The notes beneath the pieces are model-generated. The model was not told where the DNA came from. It worked only from the letters and a program-made list of their open reading frames with translations, and searched no databases. Made by a program: the position numbers and the translations under genes. A stretch of DNA of 64,000 nucleotides from Candidatus Omnitrophota bacterium (GTDB lineage: Bacteria > Omnitrophota > Gorgyraeia > 1-14-0-20-64-10): positions 403,306-467,305 of the forward strand of contig JAMWCF010000001.1 of the NCBI GenBank assembly GCA_023818695.1. Direction: 5' to 3'. The first letter of the stretch is position 1. Every line of letters begins with the position of its first letter. Below are positions 41,774 to 49,973 of the stretch, piece by piece.

Positions 41774-43339
41774 CTACCGATCTCTCCTGACCACCGTACG
41801 GGACCGGCTTTCTTCTTTGAAGTAGCGAGAAACCAGCTCCTCCAGCTTCCCTTCCCTCAACAACACAAGGAAGACCTTGACCACTTTCGGATCGAACTGC
41901 GTCCCTGTGTGGGAAGCGATCTCGTGAGCCGCTTCTCCTACCGACAACGACCGCCGGTAGGGCCGTTCCGATATCATCGCCTCAAAGGCGTTCGCCACGC
42001 TGAGAATCCTGGCCCCGAGCGGAATCGCTTCCCCTTTGAGCCCCTTCGGATAGCCGGTTCCATCGTACCTCTCATGATGATGGAGGATGATGGGGACGGC
42101 CGGCTCCAAGATCTCCAACGGCTCCAAAAGGCGGGCTCCTTTAACCGTGTGTTCTTTGACGGCCTTGAATTCCGAGGGATTCAATTTGCTCGGTTTTCTG
42201 ACGATCTCATCCGGAATTCCGATCCGACCTGCATCGTGCAGCAGCGCCGCGTACTGCAACGGCCGGAGCTGTGAGCTTCTGATCCCCATTTTCTCCGCGA
42301 TCGCCAAACACAAATCGGCCAGAAACTGCCTTTGCGTCCCTTTCCTCCTCGGCGACCGGACATCCATTCCGTCCAAAATGGCGCTCAAACTCCGGATGGT
42401 TCCCCACGTCACCCTTTCCTGCGTTTCGTACATGTGGGCATTCCGGATGGCAACAACGGCCTGCTCCGCCAAGGTGGTCAGAATCTCCTGATCGAGATTC
42501 CCGAAAGGAGTGCCCTCCCTGGAACGTCGAACCATAATGACCCCAATGCAGTCCTCCTCGATGAGCGGAACAATAAGGGTTCTGTCCAAAAGACGGACTT
42601 GGCACTTGGAAGCCACGCTTCCGATCACACCGGAACCCAGACGGCTGGCATGGACGGCACCATTGCGACCTTGGTGGATATTGACGACGGCGCGGGGTAC
42701 AAGCATCTTCCTTTCCCGGTCCAGAAGCCAAATAGCGCAAAATTCCGACCGTAAAACCTGACAGCACAGGCGGGCCATCCTCGGCAAAAGTTCTTTTAAA
42801 TCCAAAGAGGAGCTGATCAAACGGTGAATGGTGTGAACCGTGGAAAGGGCCACGCACCGGGGCTGAACGGTTTCCGAAAGCATTTTGAGCTCTTTCGCCT
42901 GATTCATCTCCCGCAAACCGGTTTCAGCAGCCATCTCAGCCAGAGTAACGCCCTCTGTAGAAACCGGTTTTTCACTGTGGCAGACGGCAAGATATCCCTC
43001 AACCTGGGATTCTCTGTTCTTAACAGGAATGCATACGGCGTGCTTCTCAATGGGACAGAGAAAAGCCCATGAAGCTTTGGTTTGGTGGGCTTGCGCCACA
43101 GCCTGAAGGAACTGGTTCTGGCAAATCTTGCGGCCCTTGGGGGTTCTCACGAACTCGCACGTCCGACAAGCCGTTGTGTAGTCGAGAGTTTTAGGGGTTT
43201 CGCCTCGAATGGTCCACCAAATCGGGTTTTTGACCGGGGCGGTCAAAACCTGTCGGATCCGATCAACGATGGGCGATTCATAAAATGTTTCAATCCGCAC
43301 AAGCGCCATGGATTCCTGTCTCTGGAGTTGCTCCTTCAC
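41774..43339 (-). CDS. Cytoplasmic sensor with Cys-containing N-terminal (PocR-like?) domain, GAF domain and HD-GYP domain
   Basis: HDAGRIGIPDE ... HHHERYDGTGYPKGL at the C-terminus, with a central GAF-like region. The N-terminal cysteines (CRTCEF...GRKIC) resemble PocR-type sensor domains, from memory only. Confidence 0.85.
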   Translation of the reverse strand: MKEQLQRQESMALVRIETFYESPIVDRIRQVLTAPVKNPIWWTIRGETPKTLDYTTACRTCEFVRTPKGRKICQNQFLQAVAQAHQTKASWAFLCPIEKHAVCIPVKNRESQVEGYLAVCHSEKPVSTEGVTLAEMAAETGLREMNQAKELKMLSETVQPRCVALSTVHTIHRLISSSLDLKELLPRMARLCCQVLRSEFCAIWLLDRERKMLVPRAVVNIHQGRNGAVHASRLGSGVIGSVASKCQVRLLDRTLIVPLIEEDCIGVIMVRRSREGTPFGNLDQEILTTLAEQAVVAIRNAHMYETQERVTWGTIRSLSAILDGMDVRSPRRKGTQRQFLADLCLAIAEKMGIRSSQLRPLQYAALLHDAGRIGIPDEIVRKPSKLNPSEFKAVKEHTVKGARLLEPLEILEPAVPIILHHHERYDGTGYPKGLKGEAIPLGARILSVANAFEAMISERPYRRSLSVGEAAHEIASHTGTQFDPKVVKVFLVLLREGKLEELVSRYFKEESRSRTVVRRDR

Positions 43340-43381
43340 CCATAATTATACCCTTTCCAGGAGATCCATGCTGCGCATAAC

Positions 43382-44545
43382 TCACATTCTCTCAAAGGGA
43401 TAAAACAATTTCCTGTATTCATCCAACGCATACCGGTCGGTCATACCCGCGATATAGTCGCAAATAACCCGATAGGGGTCCTCTTTCTGCAAACGTCCTC
43501 GAGTCGTGTGAGGAAGCTGATCCGGTTTATTCAAATAAGCCTCGAAGAGGGCCGTCACGAATCTCTTGGCTTTATCGGCCATCCGAACCACCTTGTAATG
43601 GTGGTACAGCTCTTTGAAAAGAAACTTCTTTAACGGCGCCCGAAGATTGCTCATGCCGGAGCTGAACGCGATGAGACGTCCGGGAACCCGTCGGAGGTCC
43701 GACGATTGACGGATGCCGCTGCGGCTTATCCTCCGGAGGGATTCCTGAATCAAATCGGTCGCCTGGAGATCGATCAACCGGCGTATGATCTGGTATTTCA
43801 GCAGTTCGGCCGACATGCCGGTATGCCTCTTTTTTTCCTGGGATCGAACTTCGCGCCAAAGAGGAATTTTATTGAGGTCTTCCTCATGGAGGAGCCCCGA
43901 GGTAATGCCGTCATCCAAATCATGGTGGTCATAAGCAATTTCATCCGCCACATCGACAAGCTGGGCTTCCAGAGAGAGAGGAGGCGGAAGTTTTTCTATG
44001 GCGTCAGGAATGGGAACCCTGTGCTTGTTCAAACCGGTCCGAATCTCCCATGTGAGATTCAATCCGGGGAAATCCGGATAACGCTGTTCCAGGAGGCATA
44101 CAATCCTCAACGCCTGGAGATTGTGGTCGAATCCTCCATGGTCCCTCATGATCTCCCGCAGCGCATCCTCTCCGGAATGACCAAAAGGACCATGCCCCAG
44201 ATCGTGCGCCAGAGCGATGGCTTCCGCCAAGTCCACGTTCAACCGGAGGGCGCGGGCGATCGTTTTGGCGATCTGGGCCACTTCCAGGGTATGAGTCAGG
44301 CGGGTCCGGTAATAATCCCCTTCATGAATAACGAAGACCTGGGTCTTGTATTCCAACCGCCTGAACGCCGTGGAGTGGATAATCCGGTCGTGATCCCTCT
44401 GGAAGCAGGTACGGTACGGGTGCTCGGCTTCCGGGTGCTCCCTGCCCTGAGAATCGGCGGCAAAAACCGCGTAGGGGGCTAAGGTTTTACGCTCAATCTG
44501 CTCGAGCTGCTTTCGGGAGAGAAGACCCTTTTCTTTTTTTGGCAT
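43382..44545 (-). CDS. dgt: dGTP triphosphohydrolase-like HD-domain protein
   Basis: RTRLTHTLEVAQI and AHDLGHGPFGHSGE HD motifs. ATG at 44545 (MPKKEKG...). The ORF-track start at 44671 lies inside the HIT gene. Confidence 0.85.
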   Translation of the reverse strand: MPKKEKGLLSRKQLEQIERKTLAPYAVFAADSQGREHPEAEHPYRTCFQRDHDRIIHSTAFRRLEYKTQVFVIHEGDYYRTRLTHTLEVAQIAKTIARALRLNVDLAEAIALAHDLGHGPFGHSGEDALREIMRDHGGFDHNLQALRIVCLLEQRYPDFPGLNLTWEIRTGLNKHRVPIPDAIEKLPPPLSLEAQLVDVADEIAYDHHDLDDGITSGLLHEEDLNKIPLWREVRSQEKKRHTGMSAELLKYQIIRRLIDLQATDLIQESLRRISRSGIRQSSDLRRVPGRLIAFSSGMSNLRAPLKKFLFKELYHHYKVVRMADKAKRFVTALFEAYLNKPDQLPHTTRGRLQKEDPYRVICDYIAGMTDRYALDEYRKLFYPFERM

Positions 44546-45056
44546 GGCCACGACCCATCCTTCCTGCACGCCGAAGAACCTGATAGGCGGCATGCAAAGA
44601 CTGGGAAATGACTTTCGTGTCCGATACAACCGGCATGAAATTCGTATCGCCTGTCCAACGCGGAACAACATGCAGATGCAGATGGCCCGGAATGCCGGCT
44701 CCGGCGATTTTGCCGATATTCAACCCGATGTTGTAGCCATGAGGCGACATGCTTGCTTCCAAACGGTTCAAGGCATCAACCGTCAACTGAAGAAGTTCCG
44801 CCCACTCTTCCTGGCTGATCTTGGCCAGATCCCCTATGTGCCGGTAGGGGGCGACCATCACGTGGCCGTTGTTGTATGGGTATTTATTCAGGAGAGAGAA
44901 GGTGCGGATGCCCCTGGCGATCACATGGTTCCTGTCGTCGTTGCCCGTCCGCTTCGCTCTGCAAAAAACACATCCGCTGGCGCTTTTTTCCCTGGCCAGG
45001 GCAATATACCTCAAGCGCCAGGGAGCCCATAGTTTCCCCTGGGCTTGACCTTTCAT
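44493..45056 (-). CDS. HIT family protein (Ap4A phosphorylase / GalT-like branch)
   Basis: Histidine triad GHLHLHVVPR and N-terminal WAPWRLRYI. The start overlaps the upstream ATPase stop (ATGA). Confidence 0.85.
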   Translation of the reverse strand: MKGQAQGKLWAPWRLRYIALAREKSASGCVFCRAKRTGNDDRNHVIARGIRTFSLLNKYPYNNGHVMVAPYRHIGDLAKISQEEWAELLQLTVDALNRLEASMSPHGYNIGLNIGKIAGAGIPGHLHLHVVPRWTGDTNFMPVVSDTKVISQSLHAAYQVLRRAGRMGRGHAKKRKGSSLPKAARAD

Positions 45057-46801
45057 GAAACCGCTTGATCCCGGTTCACGTGAAAGGGGTGCTGATCCTC
45101 TGTCTCCATAAGACGGCCCTGGGCATGGATGGGCGTGGAAGGCGCCAACGAAAAGGCTGCGTGTGACGGCAGGGAGAGCCGGCTTAAACCGTAAAGGTCA
45201 AGCAGATCGCTCAAAACATCAAGATCCCATATCCGAATCTGGTGTTCCTGAAGAATAATCCTGGCGTTGACCTCCACGGAATGAGCGCCGATCAAAACTT
45301 TCTTGTGGTATTTGAACGGAATTTTCCCGACCCCTTCCGCCACGGCTCTGGCGTGACCCTCTTGAAGGGAGCCGAGCCAGGGAATGACAAGCCAGCTTTT
45401 GTCCGCCTGGCTTTCCTGGTGCGCAATGAACGCCGTTGCCGGGACGATGCCGGCGACTGATTCCACCCGGCACATCTTCGGCAGCACAATCCTTTTACCT
45501 TCGACCTCGCACAGCTCCCCGGACCATCGCCGAAGCAGCTCTTTCACTTGACCTTCAAGCGGCCGATCGATGGTCTCGCGGACCTTTTTTATCCACATCC
45601 AGAGAGAATCGCGGAAATGCGCGCGCGCATGAACGGAATCGGAAAATGCTGCTCCCTGCAGAATCGGGTATGCTGTCAGAAGCCATAAGCGAAAAAGCCG
45701 GTCGGGCACCCGGTAAAAACCGCCGTTCTTGAGGACGAAACCATGCTGCTCCAGAATCTTCAACGCCTTCCCCACGTACGAAGAGGAACGTTCCACGGCC
45801 ACCGCTATCTGCGCCGTCCTATGGAATCCGCACGCCACTGCCGCCAACACCTGAAGCCATCCCCTCCTGCCGGGATGCGGCGGCAACGCCCGGAGCCGGT
45901 TTTCGAAATGCTGCCTTAAAATCCCTCGGCCATCCAGCATGAGGGACTCGAGCACATCGAGAACCGCCCTTTCCTGGTTCTCCGCCAACTCTCGGGATCC
46001 CTTATCAAGCAATCCCTCCAAGATTGGATCCAGGTAACCCGGATATCCCTGGGCCAATTGCATGATCAGATGCTCCAGAAACGGCTCCATGGGACCGTCA
46101 GTCCAAACCGAACGGATCGCTTTTAAGCTGGCGGCCGGCTCCAAAGGGTTCACCTCAACAACCTCAAATTGGCCGAAAAGCAGGTTAAGCCCTTCCCGAA
46201 GAATCGCCCGGGCCGCCTGGGATTGCGAAGAAGCGGCCACATAGAGGGTGGAGCTTTGAACCATGATTTTGTGCCCGAGCTGCCGGAACGGCTCTTTGAT
46301 CCCCCACTGATCCATCCGGTGAAACTCATCCAACACCAGTAGACACGGCAACCCCGTCTCCCTACTGACCTGCTGGGGCACATCCCACACTTTTCCAAAA
46401 AGATCGTTGGCCTTCTGCTCATCGAGCTTCACCAATAACCGCTGGGCTACCTGCGCTGAATGCGGGATCCATTCCGTCGACCTCTGAAAAAGGCCGACCG
46501 GGTCACCGCCGCCCGGCATACCGGCGCATTTGACTCTGACCACAGCCGACACAACGGCCTCTATGAAACGGGCTGCCCACTCAGCGAATGTTTCCCCCGT
46601 CCGAAAATCGATATAGACAGAGATGAGCGGCAGAGAAGGAACGCACTTCTCCAGCAGCAAGCGGTTCAGGAGGGCCGTTTTACCAACGTCGGGCGGTCCT
46701 AGAAGGGCGACGTTCTGGCGATAACCAGCCAGAAAACCGTCGATCCTTTTCCATAAAGAAGATGTAATTTCCGAACGCTCGAACCACGAAACGATGGACA
46801 T
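45053..46801 (-). CDS. ATPase_2 (archaeal-type AAA) family ATP-binding protein with winged-helix and DUF234-like C-terminal region
   Basis: Walker A LLGPPDVGKTALL and Walker B LLVLDEFHRM. A central wHTH-like segment (RTAQIAVAVERSSSYVGKALKILEQHGFV). The C-terminal ~180 aa are unassigned. Confidence 0.7.
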   Translation of the reverse strand: MSIVSWFERSEITSSLWKRIDGFLAGYRQNVALLGPPDVGKTALLNRLLLEKCVPSLPLISVYIDFRTGETFAEWAARFIEAVVSAVVRVKCAGMPGGGDPVGLFQRSTEWIPHSAQVAQRLLVKLDEQKANDLFGKVWDVPQQVSRETGLPCLLVLDEFHRMDQWGIKEPFRQLGHKIMVQSSTLYVAASSQSQAARAILREGLNLLFGQFEVVEVNPLEPAASLKAIRSVWTDGPMEPFLEHLIMQLAQGYPGYLDPILEGLLDKGSRELAENQERAVLDVLESLMLDGRGILRQHFENRLRALPPHPGRRGWLQVLAAVACGFHRTAQIAVAVERSSSYVGKALKILEQHGFVLKNGGFYRVPDRLFRLWLLTAYPILQGAAFSDSVHARAHFRDSLWMWIKKVRETIDRPLEGQVKELLRRWSGELCEVEGKRIVLPKMCRVESVAGIVPATAFIAHQESQADKSWLVIPWLGSLQEGHARAVAEGVGKIPFKYHKKVLIGAHSVEVNARIILQEHQIRIWDLDVLSDLLDLYGLSRLSLPSHAAFSLAPSTPIHAQGRLMETEDQHPFHVNRDQAVS

Positions 46802-46826
46802 CTTCAGCCTTTACCCAAGAATAAAA

Positions 46827-46900
46827 TGGAGCGGGTGGAGGGAATCGAACCCTCATCTGAAGCTTGGGAAGCTTCCATTCTGCCACTGAACTACACCCGC
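46827..46900 (-). tRNA. tRNA-Gly (anticodon CCC), CCA encoded
   Basis: The reverse complement is GCGGGTGTAGTTCAGTGGCAGAATGGAAGCTTCCCAAGCTTCAGATGAGGGTTCGATTCCCTCCACCCGCTCCA. It folds into a cloverleaf with anticodon loop TTCCCAA. Confidence 0.95.
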
Positions 46901-46919
46901 AGCCAAGTTGTGTTGAAGT

Positions 46920-47828
46920 TCAGACAATGATCGCACGGGTCAAGGACCGGAAAACCCGCGACCTTTTCAAAACATCCCGAATGGTAGCATTCATCAGCCG
47001 GGAAGGCCCGAAATCCTCAATTGTCATGGAAGCCACCGATGAACCGAACTCAACGCCCCGGCAGAGCACTTCCCAAGAAACCTTCCGGTGAGTCGTCAAG
47101 TAACCAAGACACGCTCCGGCGAAAGCGTCCCCCGCACCGGTCGGATCAACCACTTTCTGCAAAGGATATGCCGGAAGAGTGAAAAAGGAATCGCGTGAGG
47201 CGGCCAAAACACCGTGCTCCCCCTTCTTCACGATTGCGACTTTCGGGCCGAATCGCGCCAGCACCCGCGTCGCCTGGACGAGCGAATGGAGACCCGTCAG
47301 CAGGCGAACCTCACTGTCATTCAGGAAAACGATATCCACCTTTTTCAACAGTTTCAAGAAACCCCTTCGCTGTGTACTGATCCAATCATCCCTGGAATCA
47401 CAGGCGGTAATCTTCGGCGATCGCAGCTGCTTTAACACCCGCCATTGAAGGGCCGGATGGATATTCCCCAGAAAAACGTAGGGGGCCCTCTTGAGGGAAT
47501 CCGGCAGCCGGGGCTGAAACCCTCCAAAAACACCTAAGTCCAGGTACAAAGTCGTCGGCTGGAGGTCCTGATTGTACCGGCCCTTCCACCGGAAGGTTTT
47601 CCCCTCGACCTGTCTGAAACCGACCCCATCAATTCCGTATTTCCGGAAAGATTTCTTGAACCTCTCCGGGAAATCGGTCCCAACCACCCCCACCACACCG
47701 ACGGGCGTCCAAAACCTGGCGCCCAACGCCGCGTAGGTGGCCGATCCACCTAAAACGGAATCCGCACTGCCCCACGGGGTCTGGATGGAATCGATGGCTA
47801 TAGAGCCCACGATCAAAAGCTGTTTCAT
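46920..47828 (-). CDS. PfkB-family carbohydrate kinase
   Basis: The ribokinase-like fold is indicated by the C-terminal motif DPTGAGDAFAG. The protein is 302 aa. The substrate is not inferable. Confidence 0.8.
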   Translation of the reverse strand: MKQLLIVGSIAIDSIQTPWGSADSVLGGSATYAALGARFWTPVGVVGVVGTDFPERFKKSFRKYGIDGVGFRQVEGKTFRWKGRYNQDLQPTTLYLDLGVFGGFQPRLPDSLKRAPYVFLGNIHPALQWRVLKQLRSPKITACDSRDDWISTQRRGFLKLLKKVDIVFLNDSEVRLLTGLHSLVQATRVLARFGPKVAIVKKGEHGVLAASRDSFFTLPAYPLQKVVDPTGAGDAFAGACLGYLTTHRKVSWEVLCRGVEFGSSVASMTIEDFGPSRLMNATIRDVLKRSRVFRSLTRAIIV

Positions 47829-48475
47829 GACACGTATGCCGCAGTGATAAGCGCCTTGAGAGTTCTTGCCGCCTCTTCCGGATCGCGGGCACCAGCGACA
47901 GCTCGGACAACAGCAATTCTTGTCGCCCCCGCCGATAATACCAAAGGCAGCGTTTGAAGGTCAATCCCGCCAATCGCCACCCATGGAATGGAAACTCCCT
48001 CCTTGACCTGCCGGATCAATTCGGTGCCGACAACGGGATAGTCCGGCTTTGTCGGAGTCTTAAAAACAGGTCCTACACCGATGTAATCGGCGCCGTCGTT
48101 TTCGGCCGCCTTGGCCTCTGACAAAGAATGCGTTGAGCGTCCGATCAGCAGAGAGGGACCCGCCAATTCCCTTGCCTGTCTCACCGGAATATCCTCGTGC
48201 CCCAGATGAACGCCGTCCGCCCTGGAAAGCAGGGCCGCGTCCAAACGGTCGTTGACGATAAAAACGGCGCCGCTGCGCCGGGTCAGTTCCCGAAGACGGC
48301 GGGCGGTTTCAAGGAACTCCCCATCCGAGGACAATTTGTCTCTCCACTGGATTGCGTCGGCGCCGCCCCGAACAGCCCCCTCGGCGACAGCGACCGGATC
48401 CCTTCCCTGGAGGACGGCCCGGTCAACGATGACGTAGAGATGACAGGTGCGCACAGATCGACTGTTCGATATCAT
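47825..48475 (-). CDS. thiE: Thiamine-phosphate synthase
   Basis: HLYVIVD and ADYIGVGPVFKTPTK motifs. ATG at 48475 was chosen. The open frame continues to 48577 and overlaps the upstream ORF. Confidence 0.8.
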   Translation of the reverse strand: MISNSRSVRTCHLYVIVDRAVLQGRDPVAVAEGAVRGGADAIQWRDKLSSDGEFLETARRLRELTRRSGAVFIVNDRLDAALLSRADGVHLGHEDIPVRQARELAGPSLLIGRSTHSLSEAKAAENDGADYIGVGPVFKTPTKPDYPVVGTELIRQVKEGVSIPWVAIGGIDLQTLPLVLSAGATRIAVVRAVAGARDPEEAARTLKALITAAYVS

Positions 48476-48863
48476 AAACCTCAAAACGCAATCGCGTCCA
48501 CCGGCGTGCCTGTTGAAGCGACCACAAGCGCGAGAACTCTTCCAGAACGCGAACGGACTCCTCCACCCGTCTAGCATTCGCGGTCAACAGGTCCTGATAA
48601 AGCTTGTGTCCGGAACGGATGCGCCGCAGAGACGGACGGCCGGCGTCGCGATGAACGTCGCGGGTCTTCAGGAACGCCGGCGGAGGCAGCAGGCGCGATA
48701 TGCGCCCTATGGTATGGCGGACCTTCTCACACCGGCGCGTCAGAGCGGCATCCGAGAGAATGAAGCGGGCTATTTCCTCGCAAACCCTCATCCCCTCCCG
48801 GGCCCGGTTGAGATTGGCATCCATCACCCTCCAAACACTGTCTGACAAACATCCATTTCTCAT
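48423..48863 (-). CDS. ThiE-associated N-terminal-domain-like protein (function unknown)
   Basis: DANLNRAREGMRV...EEIARF resembles the N-terminal extension present on long-form ThiE proteins, as I recall them. Here it is a separate frame overlapping thiE. Confidence 0.5.
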   Translation of the reverse strand: MRNGCLSDSVWRVMDANLNRAREGMRVCEEIARFILSDAALTRRCEKVRHTIGRISRLLPPPAFLKTRDVHRDAGRPSLRRIRSGHKLYQDLLTANARRVEESVRVLEEFSRLWSLQQARRWTRLRFEVYDIEQSICAHLSSLRHR

Positions 48864-48883
48864 CTGCTGATCCGATAGCTCCT

Positions 48884-49354
48884 TCAGAAACCGTCGGCCC
48901 TCTCGATACGCCGAAGAAGCCAGGAAGTGGACCGGTTTTTGACATAAGGAATCCGGACCACTCGGCCGCCCGAGGCCTTGACAACATCGGCGCCGACAAT
49001 TTTGTCCAATTTCCAGTCCCCGCCCTTAGCCAGAATGTCCGGACGGATCGCTTGAATCAACCGAAGAGGCGTATCCTGGGAAAAGATGGTGACGTAATCG
49101 ACCGGTTTGAGCGCCGCGACCATCCTGGCCCGTTCTCTTTCCGTCACAACCGGCCGGCGGCTGCCTTTCAAGCGGCGGACGGAGCTGTCGCTGTTGACCG
49201 CCACGACAAGGACATCCGCCATCCTGCTTATTTTTTCAAAAACATCCAGATGCCCGACGTGCAGCACGTCAAAACAACCATTGGTAAACGCGATAGACCG
49301 GCCCTGCCGTCGAAGCCGTTTGAGAACCGGCAGCAACCGGCCAAGCGGAAGCAC
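48884..49354 (-). CDS. D-glycero-beta-D-manno-heptose 1-phosphate adenylyltransferase (RfaE domain II-like cytidylyltransferase)
   Basis: FTNGCFDVLHVGH nucleotidyltransferase motif. GTG at 49354 lies 8 nt after the gmhA stop, with an AAGGGAG Shine-Dalgarno. The ORF-track start at 49459 overlaps gmhA by 98 nt. Confidence 0.8.
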   Translation of the reverse strand: MLPLGRLLPVLKRLRRQGRSIAFTNGCFDVLHVGHLDVFEKISRMADVLVVAVNSDSSVRRLKGSRRPVVTERERARMVAALKPVDYVTIFSQDTPLRLIQAIRPDILAKGGDWKLDKIVGADVVKASGGRVVRIPYVKNRSTSWLLRRIERADGF

Positions 49355-49361
49355 GGCTCCC

Positions 49362-49973
49362 TTACGTGTTGGCGAAGTGCGCTTCAATGAGTTCGCAGAG
49401 GATATGGCCGATCGTGATATGAGATTCCTGAATCCGCTGGGTCGAGTCGGAGGGGACAATAAGACTCAAATCGGCTGTTTGCGCCAAGGTTCCCCCATCG
49501 TGCCCGGTCAAGGCGATCGTCTTCAGGCCCAACTCCTTCGCCAGCCGAATCGCCGACAAAACGTTTGGGGAATTCCCGCTTGTGGAGATCCCGACGGCAA
49601 TATCGCCCCTCTTGCCCAGTGCCTCCACCTGCCTCTGAAAAACAGATTCATAACCGAAATCGTTGGCAAGAGCCGTCAATCCAGAGGTATCGGTCGTCAA
49701 TGCGATGGCGGGAAGGGCGCGCCGCTTCACCAGAAGCTTGCCAACCAACTCCGCCGCGATGTGCTGGCTGTCGGCCGCCGAACCGCCGTTTCCGAAAAGA
49801 AGGACTTTCCCGCCCGATTCCAAGGACTGAATCAACCATTGGGCGGCCTCGGCGATGACCGGGACAAGCGTTTTGACGACGAGCTCCTTCGTCCGGATGC
49901 TATCAATCAACCGGTTCTCAATTTCCGTCCGGAATGTTTCCGGGTTAACCGAAGAAGATCCGCGCGATTTCAT
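49362..49973 (-). CDS. gmhA: D-sedoheptulose 7-phosphate isomerase (SIS domain)
   Basis: LLFGNGGSAADSQH and the downstream SIS pattern (ISTSGNSPNV). The protein is 203 aa. Confidence 0.85.
   Translation of the reverse strand: MKSRGSSSVNPETFRTEIENRLIDSIRTKELVVKTLVPVIAEAAQWLIQSLESGGKVLLFGNGGSAADSQHIAAELVGKLLVKRRALPAIALTTDTSGLTALANDFGYESVFQRQVEALGKRGDIAVGISTSGNSPNVLSAIRLAKELGLKTIALTGHDGGTLAQTADLSLIVPSDSTQRIQESHITIGHILCELIEAHFANT

Noticed and set aside
43706-44482. 258-aa plus-strand ORF opposite the dgt-like gene. Similar cases are at 55323-56204 (opposite rmuC), 40193-40924 and 28731-29426.
   Set aside because: All are antisense to genes with clear family motifs, and none has motifs of its own.
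10289-46827. Idea that the 36-kb segment between tRNA-Ala and tRNA-Gly is an integrated genomic island.
   Set aside because: There is no integrase, transposase or phage gene. I could not spot a direct repeat of either tRNA 3' end. The content is largely core metabolism and repair with host-like composition, except for the small AT-rich island.
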